Source: an uncultured Candidatus Rokubacteria bacterium | GTDB taxonomy: Bacteria; Methylomirabilota; Methylomirabilia; Rokubacteriales; CSP1-6 | Assembly (NCBI GenBank): GCA_963762145.1 | Contig: CAVXJS010000021.1 | Span: 1 to 64,000 of the forward strand | DNA: 64,000 nt | Direction of reading: 5' to 3' | Shown: piece by piece, positions 37,900 to 47,825 of the stretch | How the letters are laid out: each line of letters begins with the position of its first letter | How positions within the stretch are numbered: position 1 is the first letter of the stretch | Notes under the pieces: generated by a model | Database searches by the model: none | Seen by the model: the letters and a program-made list of their open reading frames with translations, nothing else | What the model was told of the DNA's origin: nothing | Program-made: the position numbers and the translations under genes

Positions 37900-39300
37900 A
37901 TGGAGACCTTCGATCTCGTCGTGATCGGAGCCGGCGCGGCCGGCCTCAGCGCGGCCCGGACCGCGGCCGGGCTCGGCGCCCGGGTCGTGCTCGCCGACCG
38001 CGGCCCGCTCGGCGGGCTCTGCGTCAACCGCGGGTGCGTCCCGAAGAAGGCCCTGGTCGCCGCGGGGCGTGTGCACCGGCAGGTGCGCGAGGCGGGCGCC
38101 CTCGGCACGTTCACCGGGCCGGTCCGGCTCGACTGGGAAGCGGTGCAGAACCGCCAGAACGAGATCGTGGACGCGCATCGTCCCGCCTTCGCCGACCTCG
38201 AGAAGCGCGGCATCCGGGTGATGATCGGCGAGACCCGCTTCACCGACCCGCACGTCGTCGAGGTGAACGGCCGGCCGCTCGGCGCCGAGCGCTTCGTCAT
38301 CGCGGCGGGCTCGCAGCCGGTCATCCCCGAGGTCCCCGGCCGCGAGCTGCTCATCACCTCGGACCAGCTCCTCTACCTGACCGAGTTCCCGGCGTCGCTC
38401 ACCTTCATCGGCGCGGGGCCGGTGGCGCTCGAGCTGGCGGGGGCCTTCAACGACTTCGGCACCCGCGTCACGGTGCTCGCCCGCGACGCCGAGATCCTGC
38501 CCGGCCTCGACGCGGACGTGGCCCGGAACCTGCGCAAGCGCATGGAGGAGCGCGGGGTGACGTTCCGGCTGCAGACCGCGGTGACGGGGCTGGCGCGCGC
38601 GTCGGACGGCGTGCGCATCGCCTTCTACAGCGCCGGAATGGCGAACGAGATGACGAGCCGCCAGGTGTGCGCCGCGGTGGGCCGCCGCTTTTACCCGCGG
38701 ACCATCGGCGCCGCCCGGATCGGCCTCGAGATGGGACGCTTCGGCCTGCGCACGAACGCGCACCTCGCCACCTCGGTTCCGCACATGTACGCGGCGGGCG
38801 ACGCGGCGGGCAACCGGCAGCTCAGCACGGTGGCCGCCCACGAGGGGCACATCGCCGCGATCAACGCCCTGCGCGGCGACCTCGAGCGGGCCGACGAAGC
38901 GGTGATCCCCCAGGTTCTCTCCACCACCCCCGAGGTCGGTCTGGTGGGCGTGGCCTACGGCGAGGCGCCCGCCCACGGCATCCACGGCGCGGTGGCGCGC
39001 CACGACGCGCGGAACAGCAGCTACAGCCTGGTCACCGGCGAGGGCGCGGGCTACTTCAAGCTCGTCCTCGACCAGGACTCGCAGCGCCTCGTCGGGGCCC
39101 AGATGGTCTCGCCCGCCGCGGAGGAGCTGATCCAGCTCTGCGCCCTCGCCATCCGCGCGCGCGTGCCCGCGTCTCTCCTGGCGTCGCAGATCTCGGTGCA
39201 CCCGAGCCGGACCGACCACCTGCTCCGGGCCTTCGCGCCCGACCCGAGCGCGGTTCCGCGGCCCGTCGAAGGCTCCGGCATAGTAGAATCGCGTCCGTGA
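37900..39300 (+). CDS. Pyridine nucleotide-disulfide oxidoreductase (dihydrolipoyl dehydrogenase / mercuric reductase family)
   Basis: IGAGAAG, GGLCVNRGCVP redox disulfide, YAAGD, C-terminal HPS. Confidence 0.88.
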   Translation: METFDLVVIGAGAAGLSAARTAAGLGARVVLADRGPLGGLCVNRGCVPKKALVAAGRVHRQVREAGALGTFTGPVRLDWEAVQNRQNEIVDAHRPAFADLEKRGIRVMIGETRFTDPHVVEVNGRPLGAERFVIAAGSQPVIPEVPGRELLITSDQLLYLTEFPASLTFIGAGPVALELAGAFNDFGTRVTVLARDAEILPGLDADVARNLRKRMEERGVTFRLQTAVTGLARASDGVRIAFYSAGMANEMTSRQVCAAVGRRFYPRTIGAARIGLEMGRFGLRTNAHLATSVPHMYAAGDAAGNRQLSTVAAHEGHIAAINALRGDLERADEAVIPQVLSTTPEVGLVGVAYGEAPAHGIHGAVARHDARNSSYSLVTGEGAGYFKLVLDQDSQRLVGAQMVSPAAEELIQLCALAIRARVPASLLASQISVHPSRTDHLLRAFAPDPSAVPRPVEGSGIVESRP

Positions 39301-40661
39301 CCCGACCCGCCACGCGGCGCGCGGTGCCGTGGCTCGCCGTGGCCCTGCTCGTCTCCGCGTGCGCCGGATCCGGCGCGCGCTCTGCGTCGCCCGCCCCCGC
39401 CGCGGCCCAGGCCGAGCTGCCCCCGCCGTCGCGTCAGGTGCTGCGCAACGGGATGCGGCTCATCGTGCAGGACCACCGCGCCTCCGACATCGTGGCGATC
39501 TACCTCTTCGTGGGCGTCGGGGTGCGCTACGAGGCGCCCGACCAGCTCGGCTACGCCCACTTCCAGGAGCACATGCTCTTCAAGGGCACCGACCGCTTCG
39601 GCCCGGGCTACGTGGACCGCACGGTGGAAGGCGTGGGGGGCCGCTCGAACGCGGTGACCTCGTTCGACTACACCTCGTTCTACCTCGTGCTCCCGAGCGA
39701 CGCGACCGCGTCGGGCATCGAGCTCCTGGCCGACATGGCGTTCCGCTCCAGCTTCCTCCCGGAGGAGATCGGTCGTGAGCGCGAGGTCATCTTCGAAGAG
39801 GCGCGCATCGAGCAGGACAATCCGCGCTCCGCGATCGTGCGCCAGCTCTACGGCCTGGTCTTCGCGGGCAATCCCTACGGGCGGCCGGTGCTGGGCACCC
39901 GCGAGACGATGCAGGCCGCCACCCAGGAGCGGCTGCGCGCCTTCAACCGCCGCTACTACGTTCCCGAGAACATGACGCTGGTCGTCGCGGGGCCGGTGGA
40001 TCCGGTCGCGGTGCGCGGCATCGTGGACCGCACGTTCGGCCGCGCGCCGGCCACCGGCTACAAGCCGACCCCGGCGCCCGCGCCCGCGCCGCTCCGGGGC
40101 GAGGTGCGCCGCACCGTGGAGCGGGACGAGCAGCAGGCCCACCTCGCGCTCGGCTGGACGGCCCCCCGCTCGGACGACGCGGGCGGCGACGCGGTGGATC
40201 TGCTCGCCACGATCCTCGCCGGCACCGAGAGCTCCCGGCTGGCCCTGCGGCTGCGCGACAAGGAGCGCCTGGTCTCCTCGGTGACCATGAGCTACGCCGC
40301 GCTGATGGGCGGCGGCATCGTGAGTCTGCGGGCGGAGCTCGAGGCCAAGGACCTCGAGCGAGTGGAGCACGTCATCCGGGAGGAGATCGCGCGGATCCAG
40401 GAAAGCGGGCCCACCGAAGAGGAGCGCCGGCTCGCGGTCACCAAGTTCGAGGCGCAGCACGCCTTCGACACCGAGACCTCCGAGGGCCTGGCCTACGCCT
40501 ACGGGCTCGCGGAGACCACCTGGACGCTCGAGGCGGAGCTGCGCTACGTGGACCGGCTCCGGCGCGTCACCCGCGAGCAGATCCGGGATGCGGCGCGCCG
40601 GTATCTCTCGCGCACCGACTACGCGCGGCTGGCCTTCGTGCCGAAGCCCGGAACGCGATGA
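39297..40661 (+). CDS. M16 (pitrilysin) peptidase, catalytic subunit; possible lipoprotein
   Basis: AHFQEHMLFKGT (HxxEH), NAVTSFDYT; lipobox LVSAC. Confidence 0.9.
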   Translation: MTRPATRRAVPWLAVALLVSACAGSGARSASPAPAAAQAELPPPSRQVLRNGMRLIVQDHRASDIVAIYLFVGVGVRYEAPDQLGYAHFQEHMLFKGTDRFGPGYVDRTVEGVGGRSNAVTSFDYTSFYLVLPSDATASGIELLADMAFRSSFLPEEIGREREVIFEEARIEQDNPRSAIVRQLYGLVFAGNPYGRPVLGTRETMQAATQERLRAFNRRYYVPENMTLVVAGPVDPVAVRGIVDRTFGRAPATGYKPTPAPAPAPLRGEVRRTVERDEQQAHLALGWTAPRSDDAGGDAVDLLATILAGTESSRLALRLRDKERLVSSVTMSYAALMGGGIVSLRAELEAKDLERVEHVIREEIARIQESGPTEEERRLAVTKFEAQHAFDTETSEGLAYAYGLAETTWTLEAELRYVDRLRRVTREQIRDAARRYLSRTDYARLAFVPKPGTR

Positions 40662-41958
40662 TGCGCCCGCGCGCGCTCCTGCTGGCCGGCCTCCTCGCGC
40701 TGCTCGCCGCGCCCGCGTGGGCCCAGAGCCCCGCGGTCAGCCGGGCGCGACTGCCCAACGGCCTGACGGTGCTGGTGCGCGAGAACCCGACCGCACCGGT
40801 GGTCGGCATCTCGCTGATGGTCCGCATGGGCACGCGCTGGGAGACCGCCGACAACGCGGGCATCTCCAACCTGGTCCAGCTCATGATCATCCGCGGCACC
40901 ACCACGCGCGACGGCGGCCAGATCGTCGCAGCGGCCGACGCGATGGGCGGCAGCCTCGAGGCCACCGGCGACGTTGACTTCTCGGAGGTCGCGGCCACCG
41001 CGCTCTCGCGCCACTGGGTGGAGATGCTCGAGCTGGTGGCCGACGTGGCGCTCCGTCCCGTCATGCCGGCCGGCGTGGTGACCGCGGTGCGCGACTTCCT
41101 CCTACGCCAGGTGCGCAATCGCGGGGACAAGCCCTCGGACGTCGCCCTCGACGCGCTCACCGGCCGGATCTTCGGCCGCCACCCCTACGCGTGGGATCCG
41201 ATCGGCCGCAAGGAGAGCCTGGAGCGGCTCGACCGCGACGCGCTGCTCGCACACTACAAACGGCACTACGTGCCGGGTGGCCTGGTGCTCGCGGTGAGCG
41301 GCCGCGTGAAGACGCCCGAGGTCATGGCGCAGGCCACGCGGCTCTTCGGACCGCTGCCGGCGGGCGCCGCGCCGACCGCGGCCCCGTCGCCTCCCCCGCC
41401 CCGGCCCCCTGGCGTGAGGTGCGCGTGGTGCCCGGCGCCCAGGCGCAGATCCTGATGGGCGCGCTGGCGCCCGCGCTCACCGACCCGGACTATCCGGCGG
41501 TCAAGGTGCTGACCACCGTGCTGGGCGGCGGTATGGCGGGCCGTTTCTTCTCGGAGCTACGGGACAAGCAGGGGCTCGCCTACACGACGGCGGCCCGGTA
41601 CCCGGCACGCGTGGACCGCAGCTACTTCATGGCCCAGCTCGGCACCGCGCCGGAGAACGTGGCGCGGGCGGAGGCGGCGCTGCGGGCCCAGCTCGAGCGG
41701 GTGCAGCGCGAGCACGTGTCGGACGAGGAGCTACGGGTGGCCAAGGCGTACCTGCTGGGGAATCTCGCGATGGACCGTCGCACGAACGCGCGCCAGGCGT
41801 GGTACCTGGCGGCCTACGAGGAATCCGGGGTCGGCTACGAGTTCCTGGATCGCTACGTGACGGCGGTGCGCGCGGTGACCGCCGCCGACGTGCAGCGGGT
41901 GGGCCAGCGGTATCTGGGCGTCCTGCGCACCGTCATCGTCCAGCCCACTGCACCCTGA
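40658..41958 (+). CDS. M16 peptidase, non-catalytic partner subunit; frameshift near 41405
   Basis: LPNGLTVLV; HxxEH is replaced by NLVQL; ELRDKQGLAY (R/Y pair). Confidence 0.85.
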
Positions 41959-41969
41959 GGCGGGTCGCC

Positions 41970-42560
41970 TCAGGGCATGCGGGTCATCTCGATCCGCACC
42001 GGCGAGTTCAGGTAGAGGAACTTGCCGACGAGCCGGTCACCCTGCAGCGTGAACAGAGCCGCGAACGGCCGGCCCGGCTCGGTGCCGTTCACCCACATGT
42101 CGCTCTCGCTGACCGAGACCTCGATCGGCGAGCCGAACGAGGACTTCTCGCGAATCGCCAGCGGGACGCCCTCCGCCACCTGGGAATCCCGGAGCGCCAG
42201 GATGCCCTTGCCGGTGGCGCCGTCGAGCTCGAGGACCGCCACCGCCACGCCGCTCCGCAGCGAGCGGAGCAGGCCGTAGCCGCTCCAGGTGCCTTCCCAC
42301 CGCCCGGCCACATCGGCCCGCGGGCCGACGAGCGGGGTGCCCCGGCCCCACCAGCCCTCGCCCCGGGCCTGGTCCATCACCTCCGGCGTCACGCGGGGCG
42401 CGCCGCCCACCACATTGCCCAGCGAGAACGTCATGTGGTTGCCGCTGGCATAGTGCGTCGGGTGCGCCCGCCAGACCTCCCACTCGCGCTGAGTGGCGGC
42501 ACAGCCGGTTGCGAGGAGAGCTAGGCCCACGAGCAACGGCAGGAAGATCCGGTGGCGCAT
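41970..42560 (-). CDS. Hypothetical lipoprotein
   Basis: GGAGG SD; MRHRIFLPLLVGLALLATGC lipobox. Confidence 0.7.
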   Translation of the reverse strand: MRHRIFLPLLVGLALLATGCAATQREWEVWRAHPTHYASGNHMTFSLGNVVGGAPRVTPEVMDQARGEGWWGRGTPLVGPRADVAGRWEGTWSGYGLLRSLRSGVAVAVLELDGATGKGILALRDSQVAEGVPLAIREKSSFGSPIEVSVSESDMWVNGTEPGRPFAALFTLQGDRLVGKFLYLNSPVRIEMTRMP

Positions 42561-42627
42561 TAGTGAGTCCCTCCAATCAAAATCCATGTGGAATCACAGT
42601 GTTGCACACCGGAATTTTCAACCCAAG

Positions 42628-43326
42628 CTATTCGATCAGCTCCGGAAAGGCGCGAATAATGCGGTGCGGCGCGACCGGGCAGGACTTGGGCAGCCCCTGG
42701 CCGGGAGCATCCACCCAGACGCCCCGAAGCCCGAGCCGCTGCGGCGCCAGCACGTCCCATTCGAGGTTGTCCCCGACCATCCAGGCCTCCTCGGCCTTCA
42801 CGCCGAGCTTGGACAGGGCATAGCGGTAGACGACCTCTTCGGGCTTGCCGACACCCATCTCGCCCTCCACGACGATCACGTCGAAGAAGCGCTCCAGGTC
42901 GTGGCGCTCGATCTTGCGCCGCTGATGGGAGGCATCGCCGTTGGTGACCATGGCCAGGGGAACCCCGCGCGCGCGCAGGGCCTCGAGGGCCGCGACGACG
43001 CCGGGGAAGAGCGTCATGCGCTCCCAGCGGCGGTCGGCGAAGTCCGTCGCGATGCAGCCCGCCAGGGCCTCGTCCGCGCGCCCCATGCGGACGAGCGCGT
43101 GCGCGGTGATCCGCGTCCAGGCCCGGAGCATGTCGGCGCGCTCCGTGCGGTGGCGGCCCGGGTCACTCCAGAACCAGCGCCGGGTCTCGGCGATCGCGGC
43201 CACGAGCCCCGGCGGGTCGATCCCGGCGGGCCCGGCGAGCGCCTCGCAGGCGTGGAGCCAGCACTCGTCCACGCCGCCCGTGTAGTCGAGCAGCGTATCG
43301 TCGAGGTCCACCAGCAGGGCCTTCAG
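42628..43326 (-). CDS. HAD family hydrolase (YjjG/NANP-like); probable CTG start
   Basis: LLVDLDDTLL, VTNG, GKPE, MVGDNLEWD. CTG overlaps the upstream TGA and follows GGAGG. Confidence 0.85.
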   Translation of the reverse strand: MKALLVDLDDTLLDYTGGVDECWLHACEALAGPAGIDPPGLVAAIAETRRWFWSDPGRHRTERADMLRAWTRITAHALVRMGRADEALAGCIATDFADRRWERMTLFPGVVAALEALRARGVPLAMVTNGDASHQRRKIERHDLERFFDVIVVEGEMGVGKPEEVVYRYALSKLGVKAEEAWMVGDNLEWDVLAPQRLGLRGVWVDAPGQGLPKSCPVAPHRIIRAFPELIE

Positions 43327-44264
43327 GAGGTGACCTCCTGCGGCGCGGCAAAGGGCGCGAGCTCGGGACGACAGACCGCTCGGAAGTTGCACCAGCGGCA
43401 GATGCGCAGCTCCTCCGTCTTCTCGAAGCCCGACTCCTCGGCGAGATTCCGGGCCGGATCCTTCAGGTAGGCCTTCATGGAGCGGACCGAGAGCCGGATG
43501 TGCTCGCGGACCCGGTCGAGACTGGCCGCGTCCCACGGATGAACGGTCACCTTGCCCTCGCGGAGGTTGACCTCCAGCAGGTCCACCCGACCCAGGTCGA
43601 CGCCCAGCACCTCGAGGGCATAGAGGGCGTAGCCGCCGAGCTGGAGCCCGGCGCCGTCACCGCCGCCCCCCGTCTTCCAGTCGAGCAGCTGCAGCCGGTC
43701 GGCGTGGCTCCAGTAGCCGAAGTCGGGCGCGCTGAACACGCGCGTGCCCTCGAAGGGAAAAGAGCCGATGTCCTCGATGAAGACCCAGCGCTCGGTGGGC
43801 GTGCGCTTGATATCGGTCAGGACCGGCAGCCGGTGGAAGTTCCGCAGACAGCGGACCACGTGATCGCGGAGCGCCTGCCACTCGGTGTCACGGATGGTCA
43901 CGGCGTACTCGTGCTCGAACAGCGAGGGCCGCTTCGGCGCCTGCCGGTAGACCCCGGCGCGCGAGCCCTTCCACTCCTCCCGCATCTGGCGCACCGTGTC
44001 CTCGATGAGGGACGCCTCGCTCAGGCCGTGGCCGTCGCGCAGGGCGAGCAGGGAGCGCTCGATGGCTTCGTGGACGAGCCGGCCCGCCCACATCTGACGG
44101 GTGGCAAGCTGCTTGAGCACGTAGAGGCGGCGCACGAGCGGGTCGGCGTCGACGTCCCAGCCGCCCCAGGCGCCGTAGTACTGGTAGTAGTAACGCCGGC
44201 GGCAGTCCTGGAAGACGTTGTCGCGAGTGCGCGACCAGGAGAATTCGTTCACGAGGTCGGCCAC
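43323..44264 (-). CDS. PD-(D/E)XK nuclease with AddB/Cas4-like Fe-S cysteines
   Basis: FSWS...CRRRYYY, GRLVHEAI, APDF...LLDWKTG, QLGGY, CRWCNFRAVC. Confidence 0.85.
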   Translation of the reverse strand: MADLVNEFSWSRTRDNVFQDCRRRYYYQYYGAWGGWDVDADPLVRRLYVLKQLATRQMWAGRLVHEAIERSLLALRDGHGLSEASLIEDTVRQMREEWKGSRAGVYRQAPKRPSLFEHEYAVTIRDTEWQALRDHVVRCLRNFHRLPVLTDIKRTPTERWVFIEDIGSFPFEGTRVFSAPDFGYWSHADRLQLLDWKTGGGGDGAGLQLGGYALYALEVLGVDLGRVDLLEVNLREGKVTVHPWDAASLDRVREHIRLSVRSMKAYLKDPARNLAEESGFEKTEELRICRWCNFRAVCRPELAPFAAPQEVTS

Positions 44265-44424
44265 GGATAGAGCATAGCATCCGGGGAACTCGGGGCGTCT
44301 CCGCGCAGTTTCCGTGCCCGGGGGTCCTTGTCGAGCGGGTGGGCGGCATGCTAGCCTCGGCCCGCCTCGTGGATCGGCGTTAGTGCCCGTCATTTCAGCG
44401 TAACAACCACCCAAGGAGGCCATC

Positions 44425-45282
44425 ATGCCCAAGTCGAAAGCGGCCGGTTTGACCCGGCGCCAGATGCTCAAGGTCGGCGGCACCGCCACCTTCGCCGGTT
44501 ACGCGGTCGGCGTCGAGAAGGCGTTCGGCCAGGTGATCAAGACCGACACCCAGGGGATCGTGGCCGGCGACGCGGAGGTCGCGATCGGCGGCTACCAGAT
44601 GCCGGTGTACGAGGCCCGGCCCTCGAACGCCACCAACGCGCCGATCGTGATCGTGATCTCGGAGATCTGGGGCGTGCACGAGTGGGTGAAGGACGTGACC
44701 CGGCGCTTCGCCAAGGACGGCTACTACGCGGTGGCCCCCGAGCTGTTCAAGCGGGAAGGCGGCGTGGGCCACATCCCGAACGTTCAGGACATCCTGAAGA
44801 TCGTGCTCGCGGTGCCGCGCAAGCAGGTGCTCGGCGACGTCGCGGCCGCAGTGGACTGGACCAAGAAGCGGCCCGGAGCGCGCGCGGACCGCGTCGGCGT
44901 GACCGGACACTGCTGGGGCGGCTCCACCGTGTACCAGGTGGCGGCCACCAACCCCGACATCAAGGCGGCGGTGGCGTGGTACGGCCCGCCGGCCCGGCCC
45001 TACCCCGACACGCCGAACCCGGTGACCGGCTTCGACGTGGTCAAGGACATCAAGGCGCCGTTCCTGGGTCTCTACGGCGAGAAGGACACGAGCCCGACCC
45101 CGGAGGACGCCAAGAAGTTCGGCGAGCTGCTGAAGCAGACCAACCCCAACTCGGAGGTCGTCATCTACCCCGGCGTGGGGCACGGCTTCTTCGCGGACTA
45201 CCGCCCGTCCTACAACGCGGAAGCGGCCGCGGATGCCTGGAAGCGCTGCACCGGCCTCTTCGCCAAGAGCCTGAAGGGCTAG
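44425..45282 (+). CDS. Dienelactone hydrolase family protein with Tat signal
   Basis: TRRQMLK twin-arginine motif; EIWG, GHCWGG nucleophile, GHGFFADYR. Confidence 0.9.
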   Translation: MPKSKAAGLTRRQMLKVGGTATFAGYAVGVEKAFGQVIKTDTQGIVAGDAEVAIGGYQMPVYEARPSNATNAPIVIVISEIWGVHEWVKDVTRRFAKDGYYAVAPELFKREGGVGHIPNVQDILKIVLAVPRKQVLGDVAAAVDWTKKRPGARADRVGVTGHCWGGSTVYQVAATNPDIKAAVAWYGPPARPYPDTPNPVTGFDVVKDIKAPFLGLYGEKDTSPTPEDAKKFGELLKQTNPNSEVVIYPGVGHGFFADYRPSYNAEAAADAWKRCTGLFAKSLKG

Positions 45283-45392
45283 TCGGCCCCGGAGCGAGCG
45301 CGGCGCGATCACCTGACGCGCCGCGCTCTTGCCCCTCTGCGGCCCGGCGTGCTAGATTCCCGGCACTTTCCGGGCCAAAGGAGACTCCGCCG

Positions 45393-45584
45393 ATGCCGTT
45401 CGTCAACATCCGCATCTACGAGGGCTGGGGCAAGGACAACCTGAACGAGATCGCCAAGCGCGTCACCGCCGCGATCTCGGACGTGACCAAGCTGCCGAAA
45501 GAGGCGGTGTGGGTGGTGTTCGAGGAAGTCGATCCGCCCGACTGGTACGTCGGCGGCAAGCCCGGCGAGCGCATGTCCAAGTGA
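45393..45584 (+). CDS. 4-oxalocrotonate tautomerase family protein
   Basis: 63 aa; N-terminal Pro (MPFVNIRI), VWVVFEEV, WYVGG; AAGGAG SD. Confidence 0.85.
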   Translation: MPFVNIRIYEGWGKDNLNEIAKRVTAAISDVTKLPKEAVWVVFEEVDPPDWYVGGKPGERMSK

Positions 45585-46477
45585 CCGATCCTACCGTCTC
45601 GATCCGCGATCCGCGCTTCACGCAGGTCGTGGGCAACCGGGTCGAGTTCGAGCGGATCGCCACCGGGTGCCTCTTCACGGAGGGCCCGCTCTGGCACCCG
45701 GCCGGCCAGTATCTCCTCTGGAGCGACATGCCCGGCGATCACCTGCGCCGGTGGTCGGCCACGGACGGCGTCGCCACGTTTCGCCGGCCGTGCAACAAGT
45801 CCAACGGCCTCACGTGGGATCGTCAGGGCCGGCTCGTGGCCTGCGAGCACGCCTCGAGCCAGGTCTCACGCACCGAGCCCGGCGGTCAGATCGTCCCCCT
45901 CGCCACCCACTTCCAGGGCAAGCAGCTCAATAGCCCGAACGACGTCGTCTGCGCGGCGGACGGCGGCATCTACTTCAGCGACCCACCATACGGCCGCGCC
46001 GAGTTCTACGGCGTCCCGCGCCCGCAGGAGCTGGGCTTCCAGGGTCTCTTCCGCGTGGGACCGGACGCGAAGAGCCCGGCGCTGCTCGCGGACGACTTCG
46101 ACCGGCCCAACGGGCTCTGCTTCTCGCGCGACGGCCGGCGGCTCTTCGTGAACGACACGGCCCGCCAGCACATCCGCGTCTTCGACGTGAAGGGCGACGG
46201 CGGGCTCTCCGGGGGCGCGGTGTGGGCCGAGACCACCGGCGAGGGCAAGGGCGCGCCCGACGGGATGAAGATCGACTCGGCCGGCCACGTCTACTGCTGC
46301 GGCCCCGGGGGCATTCACGTGTTCAGCCCCGAGGCGGTGTGCCTGGGCGTGATCCACGCGCCGGAGTACGTCGCGAACTTCGCCTGGGGCGATGCGGACT
46401 ACCGAAGCCTCTACATCACCGCGTCCACCTCGGTCTACCGCATCCGAACCGCGACACCAGGCCTCCCCGCGCTGTAG
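45581..46477 (+). CDS. SMP-30/gluconolactonase family protein
   Basis: FTEGPLW, SNGLT, NSPND, PNGLCFS, PDGMKID. Confidence 0.92.
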   Translation: MTDPTVSIRDPRFTQVVGNRVEFERIATGCLFTEGPLWHPAGQYLLWSDMPGDHLRRWSATDGVATFRRPCNKSNGLTWDRQGRLVACEHASSQVSRTEPGGQIVPLATHFQGKQLNSPNDVVCAADGGIYFSDPPYGRAEFYGVPRPQELGFQGLFRVGPDAKSPALLADDFDRPNGLCFSRDGRRLFVNDTARQHIRVFDVKGDGGLSGGAVWAETTGEGKGAPDGMKIDSAGHVYCCGPGGIHVFSPEAVCLGVIHAPEYVANFAWGDADYRSLYITASTSVYRIRTATPGLPAL

Positions 46478-46561
46478 CCATGACCCATCAGCAAACGGCG
46501 CGCGGGGCCAGAGTACGATTTTTCTAACGGTCGTCGCAAGCGACGACCTCCATAGGGTGGC

Positions 46562-47809
46562 ATGCGCATCTTCTTGAAAAACGCCAAGCTGATCGACGGC
46601 ACCGGCGCGCCCGCCCGCGACGGCAGCCTCGTGATCGAGGGCGAGACGATCGTCCACGTGGGGCCGCTCGCGGCCGGCGATGCGCCGTCCGGCGCGGACA
46701 CGCAGGCGGTGGACGTGGCCGGCCGCACCGTGATCCCCGGCCTGGTCGAGGCCCACATCCATCTCTCGTACAACAACGTGAAGGTGATCGCGGATCTCGA
46801 CCTGAACTGCCCGCCCGAGTATTCCACGCTGGTCTCGGCCCGGAACGCGGAGCTGGCTCTCTCCCACGGCTACACCGCCGCGCGCTCCGCCGGCTCGGTG
46901 CACGGGGTGGACGTGGCGCTCAAGCGCGCGATCAACGAGGGCCTCTACCCGGGCCCGCGGCTCCTCGCGGCGAGCCGCGACATCGTGGCCACCGGCGGCA
47001 TGTCGGACTGGAACCCGTCCTACCTCAAGCTCGGCATGGACGGCCTCGCCCTCATCGCCGACGGGGCGGACCAGATCCGGATCGCGGTGCGCCGCTCGAT
47101 CAAGGACGGGGCCGACGTGATCAAGTGCTACGTGGGCGGCGACGCGCTGCTACCCCACACCCCGATCGCGGACTGCACCTATACCCTCGACGAGGTCCGG
47201 GTCCTGGTGGAGGAGGCGCACATGCGCGGCCGCATCGCGGCGGCCCACGTGCGCGGAGCGCGCTCGAGCCGCGTGGCGGCCCAGGCCGGGGTGGATTCCA
47301 TCGAGCACGCCACCTACGCGGACGACGAGACGCTGCGCCTGATCGCCGACCAGGGCCTGATCCTGGTGCCGGGGCTGCGCTATCTCTACTCGATCATCGA
47401 GAACGGGCCGCGCTTCGGCATCACCGAGGAGATCGTCGGGCCGTCGGGGCTGCGCGACGAGATCAAGCAGGCCTCGGATACGTACCGCCGGGCCCGGGAC
47501 CTGGGCATCCGCATGTGCCCGGGCGGAGACTTCGGCTTCGCCTGGAACCCGCACGGCGAGTACGCGAAGGACATCCAGGTCTTCGTGGACGTGATCGGCT
47601 TCACTCCGCTCGAGGCGATCACGTGCGCCACGCGGTACGGCGCGGAGCTGATGCGGATGCAGGACCGGATCGGCACGCTCGAGCCCGGCAAGCTGGCCGA
47701 CCTGGTGGTGGTGAACGGCGACCCCCTGAAGGACATCACGGTGCTGCAGGACCGGAGCCGCCTGTCGGTGATGAAGGGCGGTCGGTTCGTGACGCGCAAT
47801 CTCTCGTAG
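46562..47809 (+). CDS. Metal-dependent amidohydrolase (prolidase/imidazolonepropionase-like)
   Basis: PGLVEAHIH, GADVIK, AAH, SIEHA, GGDFG, GKLADLVV. Confidence 0.9.
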   Translation: MRIFLKNAKLIDGTGAPARDGSLVIEGETIVHVGPLAAGDAPSGADTQAVDVAGRTVIPGLVEAHIHLSYNNVKVIADLDLNCPPEYSTLVSARNAELALSHGYTAARSAGSVHGVDVALKRAINEGLYPGPRLLAASRDIVATGGMSDWNPSYLKLGMDGLALIADGADQIRIAVRRSIKDGADVIKCYVGGDALLPHTPIADCTYTLDEVRVLVEEAHMRGRIAAAHVRGARSSRVAAQAGVDSIEHATYADDETLRLIADQGLILVPGLRYLYSIIENGPRFGITEEIVGPSGLRDEIKQASDTYRRARDLGIRMCPGGDFGFAWNPHGEYAKDIQVFVDVIGFTPLEAITCATRYGAELMRMQDRIGTLEPGKLADLVVVNGDPLKDITVLQDRSRLSVMKGGRFVTRNLS

Positions 47810-47825
47810 CCAAAGGAGGCTTCCC

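Noticed and set aside
37900-39300. Mercury resistance (merA)
   Set aside because: No C-terminal Cys-Cys pair, no NmerA domain and no mer operon genes.
43323-44264. CRISPR-associated cas4
   Set aside because: No cas1/cas2 genes or repeat-spacer array are visible anywhere in the window.
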